The notes under the pieces are model-generated. The model did no database searches, was not told the DNA's origin, and saw nothing but the letters and a program-made list of their open reading frames with translations. A stretch of 53,306 bases of DNA, the filler included, from Catajapyx aquilonaris (taxonomy: Eukaryota), in assembly GCA_000934665.2 (NCBI GenBank). It is 3 parts of 3 records of this genome, joined end to end, with 100 filler letters (N's around TTAATTAATTAA, not from the genome) between each part and the next. Parts side by side here need not be neighbours in the genome. Positions count along the whole stretch, not along the records: positions 17,831 to 35,525 come from KZ539612.1; positions 35,626 to 53,306 come from JYFJ02006886.1; 1 more part is not named here. One strand, written 5' to 3'. The position numbers were made by a program, and so were the translations under genes. Positions 33,101 to 45,500 of the stretch are shown piece by piece. How positions within the stretch are numbered: position 1 is the first letter of the stretch; every line of letters begins with the position of its first letter.

Positions 33101-35260
33101 GGAAGAGAGCCACCAACTTCTTATGTCACGGTCGAATCTGATTGGCTGGAGTAATTTTGGACTGTTTACATGTCCTATGGGGGCTGCCATCTTTAATTGC
33201 AATGGAAACAGTATTCTAACACCAGCCCCCCGCAACTCCCTACCTAGCCATACGGGGAAGGCCGTGAGCTTCGTTGCACTCCCCCCCATGGTAGAATGTT
33301 CAATTTGGCGCTGGCGTTGCTCTACAGAGCACTACTTTTAGGGTCACTTTCGGGCGGACGCTTTTATGAACCAACCTAAACCATCCTTTCCAATGCAGCT
33401 GGGTCAGTAGAGTAATTTCCAGAGCCAGCCACCCGAACAAGGCCTGAAGTAGTGCTCTGTGGAGGGACGGCAGCGGCAAGTCCGTGCACAGCTAAGCTCA
33501 CACATAGGGGGAGGGAGTTGCGTGATCTGAGTAATAGGCAGTGTTGGAAACGGTGGCCAAAAAACCGATATTCGAATGCCCTCGCACAATTTGGATGCAG
33601 CCAGAAGGCCTGAACTACAATCGATATCGACTGTGACGTCAGAGCCAGCCACTATTTCCATGGTGTCAGAATACAGTTTCCATAGCAATTCAAAATGGCG
33701 GCCCCCACAGGACATGTGAACAGTCCAAAATTACTCCAGCCAGTCAGACAACGTGACATAAGAAGTTGGCGACTCCCTTCTTCAAGACTCTCTAGGCCTA
33801 CCTGATGCTAACAATAGCAATATGATGATGTGATTGTACAGTATGAGGTCAAGTAATTAATCCTATGTGAATAACATGGATCAAGCACTTGTTTTGGATT
33901 TACCCCAGATAATGCAACAGGCCCCGAGGTTTGGTCACAATCTTCATTCATCAGGGCCGTTTTCTCGAACAGTGGTTCAAATGTACACCCGGTTCAAAGC
34001 CGGTTTAAACCCTTGACAACAGCCTAACAACAATCAAATCAGGGATTAAACTGGCTTTGAACCTGGTTTACATTTGAACCACTGTTCGAGAAAACGGCCC
34101 TCAGTAACTGTTCATAGTCCTGCAACACTGCAAGTGGCAACAGGAAAACTCAAAGGCATTAGAAAATGTGCAATGTTATGGATCAAAACCATAAAATAAT
34201 CGAGTCAATAATTAAAATGAATATAACAATTTTTGGGGAGACGGAGTGGCGCTGCGGTATGCGCCCACAGATGTTAAGGTCCCGGGTTCAAACCCAACCC
34301 GGGGACACCCCCTTCATCTCGTGCAGAGTTCTCGGGTCATCTCTGGCTTCGTTTCGGGTGATATTTCCGACAGACTAAGCCACCCAGGGGAGCTCACAAA
34401 ATGACCTTACTAGTCGATGCACTGCACCTTGCACATCCCCTCCCAGTCCCCCTGCCCGTAGGCCGGGGCGATTCTAACATGGCCTAAGTTTCTATCGGAC
34501 TTTAATCGATGGTGTATAGGAGCAATGGCTCTCCCCGAATACCCCGTCAGGGGTGGCAAGGGGTATTAAATTTTAAAAAATAAAAATAACAAAAATAAAA
34601 ATAAAAATAAAAATAACAATTTTTTTTTGTGATATATCAGGTGTGGACCATACATATTATCATTAACTCTTGATTACAGTAAGCATTGTTCACCATACTG
34701 AGTGACATCACAATTTAGCCCACCCTGGTCCATCCATAACCACTCCCCTCCCAGGTCTTCCCTTCTTAGGTGTGAATGAGAGTTGCTTAAGACCTAGCTG
34801 GTCCCACTGAGAAAAAAAGTCAGGCCCCACTAATAGGTGTCTGTATATGACTCATAGTCAGTCTGTACATATTAGGCAGTTGCGTACCGATATGCTACTG
34901 TACTCTCTGTATTCAGTAGATTGTGCAGTTGAGTGAATATTTTTGCAACATGGATTGTATAACTCAATACCATTTCTGCAATTACTGCTGCTTTGCTTTT
35001 CTGGGCAAGTGCACAGTAAATGCCAGTCATCCGCATTACCTTTTGCATGTAGCTGCAAGTAGGAATTAAGATAACAAAAATTGTAGAATAACATTTTCGT
35101 TGTATGCTACGAAAAAAAGGATGACATGGTGGAGGTTATCTGCCCCCACTTAAAAACAGATTAGTGACACTCACTAGCTATATCTGCAGGCTGTGTTGCA
35201 GTTGGCAGTAGCAGCCCTGAGTCCCTGATTTCATCAAACTTTGCTGTCAGTGTGATGAGC
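20960..35260 (-). CDS. CLASP: CLIP-associating protein (CLASP/Orbit/Mast/chb), partial; 11 internal exons (2122 nt) from the end of TOG1 through TOG2 and the S/R-rich region to the start of TOG3
   Basis: Exons join in one frame with AG acceptors and GT donors (one GC). CLASP-type motifs: DWSKRVEQLRKFR, KDLRSQVVREACITIA, KGVADADPEARAASRKAFWAFAEHFP, RSNSAIDLQAAQRAK, SREAESALADAL, CASSHWSDRKDGL. The 5' and 3' exons were not found in this contig. Confidence 0.96.
21259..21375 (-). CDS. CLASP: CLASP exon (NVTSRK...DDSETSSLCSERS...RRPSD)
   Basis: ttccag acceptor (an alternative in-frame acceptor would start the exon at 21390), gtaag donor. Confidence 0.88.
21474..21585 (-). CDS. CLASP: CLASP exon (TRMKPPER...MAQKILQQSREAESALADAL)
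   Basis: ttttgcag acceptor, gtaagt donor; conserved motif; not in the supplied ORF track. Confidence 0.92.
21645..21861 (-). CDS. CLASP: CLASP exon (SSRSGSPSSRLSY...SRETSPSR...SKLR) with GC donor
   Basis: gacag acceptor; AG|GCAAGT donor needed to keep frame. Confidence 0.88.
21924..22034 (-). CDS. CLASP: CLASP exon (RPRRPSEV...SPERVGRTRTRTSGVSQSQ)
   Basis: aaacag acceptor, gtgagt donor; 111 nt; not in the supplied ORF track. Confidence 0.9.
22727..23253. mobile_element. Tc1/mariner-type palindromic MITE
   Basis: TA-flanked, CAGGGTGTTTACGAGCTAAC termini; whole element is an imperfect palindrome. Confidence 0.9.
23259..23500. mobile_element. Second foldback MITE abutting the previous one
   Basis: ttgttgtgttaggagggagcta ... 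tagctccctcctaacacaacaa. Confidence 0.75.
25458..25601 (-). CDS. CLASP: CLASP exon (GSGRSSP...RSNSAIDLQAAQRAKARAQY...GASL)
   Basis: ttctttcag acceptor, gtaag donor; 144 nt. Confidence 0.92.
25653..25759. mobile_element. Small MITE about 50 bp from a CLASP acceptor
   Basis: TIRs ctgtatcaacagttcaaaaa / tttttgaactgttgatacag. Confidence 0.7.
26305..26740. mobile_element. TTAA-flanked non-autonomous element (Kolobok-type), central hairpin at 26512-26597
   Basis: TTAA on both sides; TIRs aggaagggttcagtga / tcactgaacccttcct; purine-purine termini rather than the CCC of piggyBac. Confidence 0.8.
26941..27552 (+). repeat. 178-bp direct repeat (26941-27118 and 27375-27552)
   Basis: Copies read as identical; both end in the mariner TIR tip tacgagggtcggtca. 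Confidence 0.93.
27540..28423 (-). mobile_element. Internally deleted mariner element with pseudogenised transposase
   Basis: TIRs cgagggtcggtcataaagttttaatta / taattagaactttatgaccgaccctcg; TA and TG flanks; motifs VIRFLHLKG, WHRRFKCG, ITMDECWVYHYDPETKQ; most of the DD34D core missing. Confidence 0.93.
28526..28836 (-). CDS. CLASP: CLASP exon (AFWAFAEHFPDQA...TRGDI)
   Basis: tacag acceptor, gtaagt donor; frame-consistent. Confidence 0.93.
29178..29800 (-). mobile_element. pogo/Tigger-like transposase C-terminal relic interrupted by a SINE
   Basis: FHDFVVADDDVQVCQELTDSDIL resembles Tigger C-terminal regions; boundaries approximate. Confidence 0.6.
29435..29700 (-). mobile_element. tRNA-derived SINE
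   Basis: A box TGGTGTAGGGG, B box GGTTCGAATCC, (TAAA)n tail, 16-bp TSD tggtcactccccaata (29419-29434 and 29701-29716). Confidence 0.9.
30198..30584 (-). CDS. CLASP: CLASP exon, TOG2 (SQVVREAC...ARAASRK)
   Basis: aacag acceptor, gtaagt donor; conserved HEAT-repeat sequence. Confidence 0.97.
31061..31325 (-). CDS. CLASP: CLASP exon, start of TOG2 (AGGVDEDTF...CKDLR)
   Basis: tacag acceptor, gtttga donor; CLASP_N-type motifs. Confidence 0.95.
31556..31693 (-). CDS. CLASP: CLASP exon (LRGEDEADRS...IPASA)
   Basis: cttgcag acceptor, gtaag donor; 138 nt, phase 1-1. Confidence 0.88.
31824..33021. mobile_element. Old diverged foldback element hosting a nested hAT MITE
   Basis: ~31830-32080 matches the reverse complement of ~32460-32610 plus ~32940-33020. 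Confidence 0.6.
32620..32935. mobile_element. hAT (Charlie-type) MITE
   Basis: TIRs cagaggttcccaaact / agtttgggaacctccg; 8-bp TSD CTCTAGAC. Confidence 0.9.
33087..33795. mobile_element. MITE with ~110-bp imperfect TIRs
   Basis: ccaacttcttatgtcacg...ggctggagtaattttggactgtt and reverse complement at ~33700-33795. Confidence 0.75.
33954..34100. mobile_element. PIF/Harbinger-type MITE
   Basis: gggccgttttctcgaacagtggttcaaatgta TIRs; 3-bp TSD TCA. Confidence 0.85.
34235..34570 (+). mobile_element. tRNA-derived SINE
   Basis: A box tggcgctgcgg, B box ggttcaaaccc, A-rich tail; homologous to 40881-41110. Confidence 0.82.
35175..35260 (-). CDS. CLASP: CLASP exon (LITLTAKFDEIRDSGLLLPTATQPADIA)
   Basis: ttgcag acceptor, gtgagt donor; phase matches next exon. 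Confidence 0.85.
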
Positions 35261-35525
35261 CTGCAAAGGTAAGAACAATGAGGATTAAAATAAGGAAGGC
35301 ATTCAAAGGCATATTTTAGTGACCATAAATCCTGCAGTGGCATACTCCTTTGAACATTTCCTTTGTCTTGTTTATACATTCACCTCCCTTAGAAAAAGTA
35401 CAGTAAGGCATTTCTGGTAGACTGATACGCTTTAAAAAATAGGCTTCATGATAATTGCAAGTAGCTTATGACCATGGAAAGAACTTTTGCCCAAAATCAT
35501 CCCAGATTTATAGCATTTTTTTTTT

Positions 35526-35625
35526 NNNNNNNNNNNNNNNNNNNNNNNNNNNNNNNNNNNNNNNNNNNNTTAATTAATTAANNNNNNNNNNNNNNNNNNN
35601 NNNNNNNNNNNNNNNNNNNNNNNNN
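35526..35625. other. Artificial contig-joining spacer N44-TTAATTAATTAA-N44
   Basis: Identical structure to 17731-17830. Confidence 0.97.
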
Positions 35626-38600
35626 CCCAAAACGGTCACGTGGTATATGGACGACCCCCTATCAGCGTATAGGATGTTGTAGATGAAGTGTCCACTCTGC
35701 TCTGCTAACGCAACATTCGACATATAAAGAAGCTATATTGGTCTCGTGGGAAATATTTCGGGACCAGCAAATAGGGTAACTTATTGGTTGCAGTAGATCC
35801 TAGGGCAATAATTATATTAGAGTTGACTGTAACTTGTAATTTAAGGGTCGGTCGCAAACAAAGATGTTTACGCAGTGTTTACGGTTGCCATTATCCGGTA
35901 ATGTAAAAACTATTTCATTCATCGTCGCTGTTGTTCAGCAGGTGAGATTCTTTCGACCATTAAAAAGCAATTCCTGCATGGCTGTACTCTACAGCTTAAG
36001 TACTTTTAGTGATATAAATATGAAATAATGTGATGCTGTAATGCACATACGAAAACGACAATTAAGTCGTACAAGTACAGTGTATAGAATATTAGATTTT
36101 GCTCACCAGAACAGTAGTCATAAGTTACAGAGTGTTCCATTTGAAATATCACTAGTGGTTAGAAATTTTAGCCGACGATTTTAGCACTAAGCTATTTATT
36201 TGAAGCAGTTATTGTTGAGTAGTTACTTTTGGTTGTTATAAAAAGTATTAGCTGCTAATCTTCGGTCGAAATGAACATATACAAACTTCGAATTACAATA
36301 AATTTCCGATTGCGAATGTCCGATTGGAATAATTGCACAGTTGTACTGCACCTCAATGAAAATCACCCATTTTTTGAAGGCCAGAGTAACTGCTTAAAAT
36401 TAGAAAATTGCCAAAATATATCGCTAACCACTAATATCACTTCAGTTGGACCCTGTATAAATATACAGTGTCAATTGAAAATATTTATAAAAATAACCAT
36501 GTTATGCGTATATGTGACTTAACTCACTGTTACACTGAATAATTATGCCAGCTACAATATTAATGTATAGGAAGGTCATTTTTATTCATGAAGTAGTAAG
36601 CCATATGAGATTTGGTAAATTTGCACTATTATTGCATATTTTCGTGTCGGTGAGTAATTATTTTCTCAATTCATTATACACATTCTCAATGGGTTTTACC
36701 TGGCTATACACAATCAAATTAATATTTGCTCGTGCATAATAAATAATAATGCACAGTATATTGCAAAGGAATGGCCGAAGCAGTATTTTTTTAGCGCATA
36801 CAGATGGTTTATTGGTTGGCATAGAAAGATAAAAAGACGACAGATTGTGCTAATAAAGCGTGAAGCAGTGATCACAAACGAGGTGTCTGGTTCCAAAAAG
36901 TATCACGTGCCTTACGTTTTCAGATTGGTTGGATGTACAGTATCAAGACCAGTAGTCTATCTAACGAGTCAAGAAAGCCAATAGTATGTGTACGAAAAAA
37001 TCAGATTTTAAAAATTAAATGCACCTTAAAATTTGAACTTAATAGACTCGATCATAACATTGGAATTGTAGAAATTATTGTATTTGAGCAGATCTAGCAC
37101 GCAATACATTATGGAACCACAAAGCACAAAATTGTGTAGTAGCAAAAAGTTATAACTTTCCGAGTAAAGGAAGAATTATTTTGGGAGTGGAAGAATAAAA
37201 ATTAAAACGCAATGAAAGTACCGAAATATGGGCGCAAAAGTGAAATACATTTTACTTACAATTTTTCATGAAATAAGCACGTAGAATATTCATCCATATC
37301 GTGGGGACTCAATTATTATCAGTCGAATACATTGCCAAAGAATCAAGCTGAAATCATTTCTCATTATCACGTCTGGCTTTGTTAGATTTGTTTGAGGTAG
37401 CCTAATTGTAGTAGGTATAAGAATATCAACAATTTCTCATCTTACTGAGCAATATCCAACCAAAATGAGGTTTTTGTACTGCCGCGCACAATCGTGACAA
37501 GCGGTATCTTCCGGTGTTATTGCTAACTCTCCAAGGTGTCCTTACTTTCAGAAATAGGGCCTAAACCTGCAGTCAGTGACATTCCTAGGTTTTTCTTGTG
37601 CTTGCCTCTAGAGAAATAAGAGCTTTCGCACTGGAATCCGCCAATCACTGGCCATGAAATCGGTCCCGGTTACTCATATTATGTGCAGTGAAAGAATGTG
37701 CTGTGGACTGACACAATGGCTATATTCAGTGCTGCAATGGGATGTTGTTACTTTTCAGAACAATTGGGTGAGGCAGAGAGTCCATAATAATTGCTAGAAC
37801 CGGCGCAATTTCGCACACTACCAAAGAAAGAGTGCAAGAAATCTGGGGAGAAGTGACTGCGTCCTAGATGGGATTGCGATATTCGACGATAGAGAAGTGA
37901 GGGTGCCAGGGTGTCGGAGTGGGGGGCCAGTGGTGGGAGACTACTTGGTGTGTATCAGTTAAGTGGCAACCTCAGTGGAGGCTATATCCCCTATGACTGA
38001 CAAGGCTCAACACCCAAACGACCCAAGAGCCATATAAGCTCACAATAAATTACCACCAGTGGAGGCTACATGAATAAACAGGTTGTCTGCAACTACTCGA
38101 GTTTGCTTGGACCACGACTACGATTCTATGGGGTCAGAGGTGATGATCTAGGGAAGTATCTCTCAAAGTTATAAATTTTAAAACTCGCTTAAAAGTCGCT
38201 GTAAGTCATAAATTCGTCATTTTCAAAGAAAATCTCAGTTTTCCATTTGCTATTGCGTGTATTTGCTTGCACAGAATTTCGTGACTTGGAAACGTTGCCT
38301 AGTTACCCAAGTAAAGTATGACTAGCATAAATTATGACGACAGATTACCAGAGCACTGCTACTGTTAATGCAGACAGAATAGTATAGACGTCACATGCCT
38401 TTTATTTTTGACATTATATAGTCATTGTTGTTCATAGTAAATCTCATTATTCTGTGGCTGCATGAACAGTACACTACTCATTATGTGTTCAATAAACAAG
38501 ATTGTTAATCAGGTGGCATTCAAGTCAATGATCCATCCAGAAATCTCGAATACGGTGTAGAATATCTAACACGACACTAACTTATTGAAAACTAAACCGA

Positions 38601-39483
38601 ACCGATTTTGTGAAAGCCAATTTGAAAACTTCCAATTATTGTGTATATAGGTATTCAGGATCTGGTATAATCAGAGATTTCATCATCAAATTCAGGCTAA
38701 CACTATACAGTATAGGCTATACTATATAATATAGGGTCGGTTGTATCCATACAAATTAAAGAGAAAATCCGCTCCGTTTATGTTGAATTATGTTGTGATG
38801 ATGTTAATCATGAATTGTGAATACATTATTGTGGAGATTTTCCTCAAGTTCCTTTCAAGCAAGCGCGCCGCACGAGTTGAAAATTGTCACCCTAACACAT
38901 AAAAACACAAGCTTTATTATATTTAAGTTAATAGCTACATTAAAAGAAGATGGCATGTTAAATAACACGAAATAATGTAATTTCTCAATCTGTGTCTGTC
39001 ACACATCAAATACACTTTGATTTAATAACAGGGTGGTGCATTGGTATAGCCTACTCTAATTAAAAGCAGTATTGCGTAGAAGCCTCAGTTCTCAGAACAT
39101 TCAATATGTCACGTTTGATATCGTCACTTTCTTCATTTAGTGGCATACTGTTTATTACGGTAGGAAAATCGACTAATATGAAAATTCCAAGAAAATAAAA
39201 TTGCCCAAACAAATGGGGTTGATATAATTAATTAGGAAATGTCAGGTATGGTAGTTAGAGATCAAAATTGACAGTCGAAACGTAATAAGCTTGGTCAGTA
39301 TGTTAATTTGTTTCAATTAAAATTCGACTTTTCGCTTATGTGATCCTTTCTCTATAGTCTATACCTACTGTTCTGAACCTCCCAAAACGGCCAAAAGCAC
39401 CTGTCAGAATACTTTTGACAAGCAAAAAAGTGTTGTGAGATCAAGTCAGATCAAGTCCCTTACCTCACAGCAACCAATGAGCA

Positions 39484-39606
39484 CAAGGGGGTAATCACTT
39501 CGGTACTCCCTGGTACTCCTCAGGCACCTCACTCTTTATTACTCCGTGGTACTCCTTGAATTTGGTACTCCAGTGTACACTTTTCAGTCGAGTGATTACC
39601 CCCTTG
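39484..39606. mobile_element. Small MITE with internal ggtactcc repeats
   Basis: TIRs caagggggtaatcact / agtgattacccccttg. Confidence 0.7.
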
Positions 39607-40880
39607 AATGAGCATTCTGGTAATTTGTTATGGTTATTAAACTGGTGGCCAGTTGCTCTTACTTATCATGCCAATCACTATCCTGATGTGGCCAAAACAC
39701 CCTTTTGCTGAGTTGCCTTTGCTGAGTTTTAAATAATGATGTTTTAACACGCTGAAGCATACTAGTTTATTATCCCACACCATTGCTTGCTTGATCAATG
39801 GCCATCGTTCTTTAACAAGTAAATACCTCTACTTATACGTAGCGTAGGTGTGCCATAAATCATTCATAAAATCACATGTGAAAAATCTGAACCTTAATAT
39901 ATTGGCCAATATACGCGTGTACTCGATACAATTTCATAGTGTACAGTGTATACTGGTGTACGATCCTCATCGTCACATTCGCAATGAACAAACTTGCGAT
40001 TACATTACTCTGGATACCGTATAATGTATAAATCAATTCAACACATTACATGGTCTGTCTTGTCATTATTAATAATTCAAATTTGCTTTGTGATACGGCA
40101 TGGGGAGTTATGTAGGATCGATAGTCAAACGTCAATATTCCTAGGTATAAATTCCATCATACCAGGTCAACTACAGTAAAACGCAGTAGGCCTAATACAC
40201 TACATAATTGCCAAACTAGTTCATCGCCTCTCGCTGACATGGGGCTCGAGGTAATCCAGAAGTATCCGAAATAAAATGCGCCGTAACAAAATATTGATTA
40301 AACCTAGTCCAGTCCATCAAAATCGTTCCAGCGCTTTAGCACGGCAGGGTTAATAGTATTTTTGTTGTGCCAGTTCGACGGCTTAATACACTTATACCTA
40401 CCACACGGTGGCAGCCTTTTTGCAGCAGTGTTTTGACGCTGAACCTCTTGGGCCATTTGTAGCCTGAAGTGTGCTAGACCTTCGCGAAAGCAGCCTTTTT
40501 CCTGCCTTCTAGTTCTTATACAGAGAGTATACTAGTGCAAGAGAAAATGTCGGCCTATCCCTTTTTTGACGGTCGGAAGTTAAAATGAAATAAAACACTC
40601 TCAAATATTTTCGGCAAGTTCAGAGAACATTCTAAATAACAGAGATTATAGTGTGAATATTTGGTATACAGTAGAATATGATTCCCCTTGAGGTGTGAGG
40701 ATGGGGGGAAAGGGGACTTGAGGGAATGGGTTTCAGGTGTTAAATGGGTACCATAGAAGCAGAGGGGTTGTCACGCTAAACTGGTCTGGTATAAGTTTCT
40801 ACCCTTGGGACCGAAAAGTTTGTTTATTTACATCCCGTCTTCTTCCCACATCGATTGCTGTGGATGTAGTACCGGTGATG

Positions 40881-41110
40881 AGGGAGACGGAGTGGTGCAG
40901 CGGTAGCACCCACGGTCCCGGGTTCGATCCCAGCCCGGAGTTCCCCCCTTCATCTCGTGCAGAGTTGGATCGTCTCTGGCTTCGTCTCGGGTGGAATTTC
41001 CTTAGATTAATCCACCCGGGGGAGTTCACAAAATGACATTAGCAACGACATTGCACTGCACTTTGCATATCCCCTCCTGTCATCCTGCCCGTGGACCCGG
41101 GCGATTCGCT
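40881..41110 (+). mobile_element. tRNA-derived SINE, same family as 34235
   Basis: A box tggtgcagcgg, B box ggttcgatccc, shared body. Confidence 0.82.
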
Positions 41111-42231
41111 CAAGATTACAACATTGTACTGCATTGTACTTCATGTATAATACAGGTCCGTACTCCGTGCTCCATACCTGATACGGTCTAGCACTACCCG
41201 GATTATATATTTAAAAAATATAGAAAAATAGTACCGGTAATGAATTGGTAGCACCAAAATTCCAGGACGACTGATAGAACTCTGATTTGTTGAGAATGAG
41301 TCTTAAGCCCGTGGATTGCTTCGTCAAAATTTTGGGTATCCAAATTGGCCCGTGGAGAGATAAGGAGTACGGAGCCATCTCATGGGAAAAAGTAAATAAC
41401 GTAAATAAGGCGAAACGAAAATAAAAAATTACATACGAAGAAAACTGATCAATAGATCCCTAGAGTGTCAACCATATGCCCTTTTCTCAACCTACTTTTG
41501 AACCGGTTCTCTTGACCATAGGAAATCATAAACACCTGTCTCTGACTTCGCAGTGTGAGAAATTCTCTGTCCGTTAACGCCTCAATTTTATGGCAGATGT
41601 ATTGGACATTTGGTCCAGTAGTTGGAGAGGTTCCCAATGTTCTCTGGGGAGTACTGTACACTCGAGTAAGCCTTGCACTTCAGCCTTTATTGCATCTCTT
41701 TTCCCCCCTCTCTTATCCCCTTGTGTCGCCTGAAGAGGCCTACAGGGAGTTCCCATTCGGGATATTTTCGTTCACTGGGATATCAAAATGCGTAACACCG
41801 GCAGTGGAGATGTGTGCAGATATTTAGCATATTAAGTCCTGAAGTGCAGAATGATCAGGATCACATATTGATATGAGTTAAACATTGTTTAACATAATCA
41901 TCCAGAGAACATGATAATTAAGTCAGATTTCCGATAAGATAAATTTGTGACAAAATCCCTTAAAGCGAGTATTACATTGCTTAAATTAGACGTGAAACTC
42001 TCGTGATTTGGACGTATCCGATGAACGAGTTTTAGCAGTCTGGTTAGTACCTGTACACGACAACTTTGAGAAGTTGTTCTCCAAGGTCTCAGGTTTTAGC
42101 GTTAATTGGGTTCGGATCCAATTATCTCTAAAATAGACAGTAAACAAGTTACTGACAAGGGAACGGCACAATACTTCTGTCTGAGTTTCGAATGGGGTGA
42201 GTCCAAACTGCGAATTGCGTGTCTGATCTAT

Positions 42232-42589
42232 GGGGCCAGGCAAATACCACGTGACCGATTTTAGACCACTTTTTGACCCCCCAGTGACCGACCGTGGTAT
42301 CCATTGGAACCCTCCCCCCGCCCCTTTTCACGTGGTTTTTTTTAAAAATGTCAATGTTCTCACAAAAAACGCGATCGAAAATGATAGCTCCTCAACTAAA
42401 CTGTTTAAGCACGTAAAAAACATGTCTCCCCATGTTTTCGGGGTCGCTGATTTCGAATTTTAGGTTATTTTGAACCCTTGTGCATCTGTAAAAGCTCCCA
42501 TATGTGCCAATTCACCGTGTTCAGAGATACAACGTGAATTTTCGCCGACCCCTCCCACCAAAACGGTCACGTGGTATTTGCACGACCCC
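42232..42589. mobile_element. MITE, probably PIF/Harbinger group
   Basis: TIRs ggggccaggcaaataccacgtgaccg / cggtcacgtggtatttgcacgacccc; related right end at 35626-35659. Confidence 0.72.
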
Positions 42590-45500
42590 TAAGCGGAAAG
42601 CGGTGTAATACCAGATTAAGGAATAATGTTCAACATTCAAATCCTGTTATTCAATAACTCTCAGATGTGACGCTGATAATTCGGCATAAGTTTATCATGT
42701 TTTATTTTTTTTGTCCTTGACGTCACAATATTTTGTGACTGTCAACTGTATAACAATGTGACTGACAAAGTGACAAGGCTTGTGATGTCTCAACAAGTCA
42801 AAGGCTGAATTTTCATTACAGCTATAATTTTTGACTGTAAACCCCATTGTCAGACTGTCCATGTTCCATCTTTTCCCAGGGCTCGCCCAGAAAAACAAGT
42901 CTACTGTATTTCGTTCTCTCCATATAGGCGGCTCACCGGTCCAAACCACTATTACCCATTTGACATACTTTGTATACAAATTACCACCTGACAATTGCCT
43001 ACATTACCACTCTATGAACTAACGTAAGCCGCGTTAAAATTCATTCCTGCCTACATTTGTACTAAAAACCTTTCCAGTTTGACGCCATACTCTCAAATGA
43101 ACTTGGTGCACTCTCAACAACGTGCTCAGCTTGCAATTCTTCCTTACTCGGGAAAAACAGAAGATCTTTAGCACAAGCGATAGAAACAGAGAAAATAATG
43201 TAGAGAAGAGAGAGAGAGAGAGAGATAGTCACCAATAATAGCGGAGGAGAGAGCAGCAGCAGCAGAAGAGAGCACTGCTGGGGTGTGATGTTGGTCGGAC
43301 TGTGGATCCCCGCCCCCATCCGGAGGGGTGGCTGGCCCCTGCTCCACACTGGCCTGTCGACTAAGAACGGGCGTGGAGCCACGGGATAAGGAGCCAGCCA
43401 TCCCACTCCACCTCTCCGGTATGATCCCCAGCATGCAGAAAGGGTCGCTATGGCCTGCAAGACACGCATCTCAGCAAATGTACACAATCCATACTATTAT
43501 CTGGATAACTAATGGTACTCTGGCTAGACACAGAAAGCTTTTCGTAATTATTCAGATCAAGTTCTAGGATGAACTCCTGGGTATCAGAGGATCACGTTAT
43601 GTAGTGATATGGTCATTCCACGCTAAATCATCACGAGGTGTGCTCCTGAATAGATTTCCAAAATATTTTGTAGAGTTACAGACCCAACTCTTAAACCTAC
43701 ATTCCCAAATATTTCGCTTTGCTGCCCTCAAGGCGTCGTAGTAGCAACTCGTTCCGTTAAATATTTTTTCAATAGATAGAACATGAATTTAGGTAATGTA
43801 ATAATTTATACAATTAATTTCATATGAAATAAGATAGTGTCCGCAATATGAGCAATTTTGTCAAATTTTGCCATGTTTCGACATTTTTCTGCCATAATAT
43901 TACGTTGCTTAGCAACTTTCACACCGTATTAGAGGCATGTCGTTGTCGTTTGTATCTCATAATTTACTTAATATTGTAAAGTGCAACTACAGTAATATAT
44001 AGTCATACTCTCAGAAAAACAGAGTTAGAAGAAACTTCAACCCAACATGCAACATACTCCAGATTCACTAACACATCCCGTGAGGATTTGGGGTGGAATG
44101 ACCCGGTATCATTTTGGTCTCCCAAGCTTCCTTACGTAAATAATGGTCATCAAACATAAGGTATGAAAATAGGACCTTGCATTTATTCATTAAAAATTAA
44201 GATGCTATCGTGCAAGTTGAATTTAAATCGAGATCTCACTAGGTGTAGTCGGCAGTCACCGAAGCACTAGATGTCGCAGGCTAAATCCTCAACGTAGAAA
44301 ATGGTAGGATACATTGTATTCTATGATTAATTCTGATTACCTGATTTATCTCACACTGTGGAGACCTGATGACACCTCCACATAAAGTGATACTCTGGTG
44401 CCCAGGGAGTTCACAATATTGAAGTTTGTTTGAAGCATTACGAAACACCATTATTTTCACTTTACGTTTGCGCACTTTTGGTTTTGTGCAATAACCCAAG
44501 ATATGGAGTTTACAGTTAAATATGGTGTAATATTTTTGTTCGTGTAGTTTCAGTAGGCAATAATTTTCTTTTCAATTACAGTATGTGCAACATTTGTAGA
44601 GGGCGTGGGAAATTCTGAAACTGCAATTTCATCACATGCAAAAGCAGACAGGACAGGAAATAATGATATAGACGCATACAATACCTGAGTTTGTATCCTG
44701 CAGAAAAAACAATTGTCTATAATGATTCACATATACCCATCAGTTGGATTGTACGTACAATAAATTGCAATGTGCAATGACACCACATCAGCAGTGACTG
44801 AGCTAGCCCAGTTATTTCATCTTAAAGACCCTGCCTCAGGGTAAACTGACACAACAACAATAATGAAAGTTTTCGGGCATAGTCAAGTTATCTTGGAGAA
44901 TATTATTTATCAAGTGGAAATTTAAATACTTGATTAAAACAAATATCTTATGTGGTGGTTTTAGACACACCTTCACTTATCTAACACGGTCATTGGGAAT
45001 GATATTGCACTTACTACAACAAAACTGCAATGAAACAGTGATGATGTGGCACAAAGTATTACTGATATTTTGTCTCGCAGTGTGTAACAAACAAAATATC
45101 TCATATTCCGGCTTCTCGCATTAATTGAATACAATCATGCATAATCCCCAGACACGGGAATTAACTTTTTAATCCGTGGATCATCGAGTTTGAGGCGCCT
45201 CGAGTGAAACCTAATCGCGCGGTGTTATAAGCCAGGTCAAATTTAAGGACTTGTATTGTATAATCTTACTCAATGATGAGTATGCCGTTGAAAATGCTGA
45301 AATGAGAGAGAGTGGTAAACCATAAACAGGGAACATGAAATGGCAAATAATATGGACTAGTGCAAACAGAGCTGCATTTTGATACATTTTGTCCGCATTC
45401 TGCCGTAAAGCCCATCATAACACTAGTCAGTCGTATGTGTTCTTTGTTCCAGAAAAATAACAGCGGTAGGCAACACATACAAGCATCCTTGTTACTGTGT

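Noticed and set aside
37780..38150. Solo-LTR-like segment with TATA-like and AATAAA words
   Set aside because: No TG...CA termini, TSD or second copy could be established.
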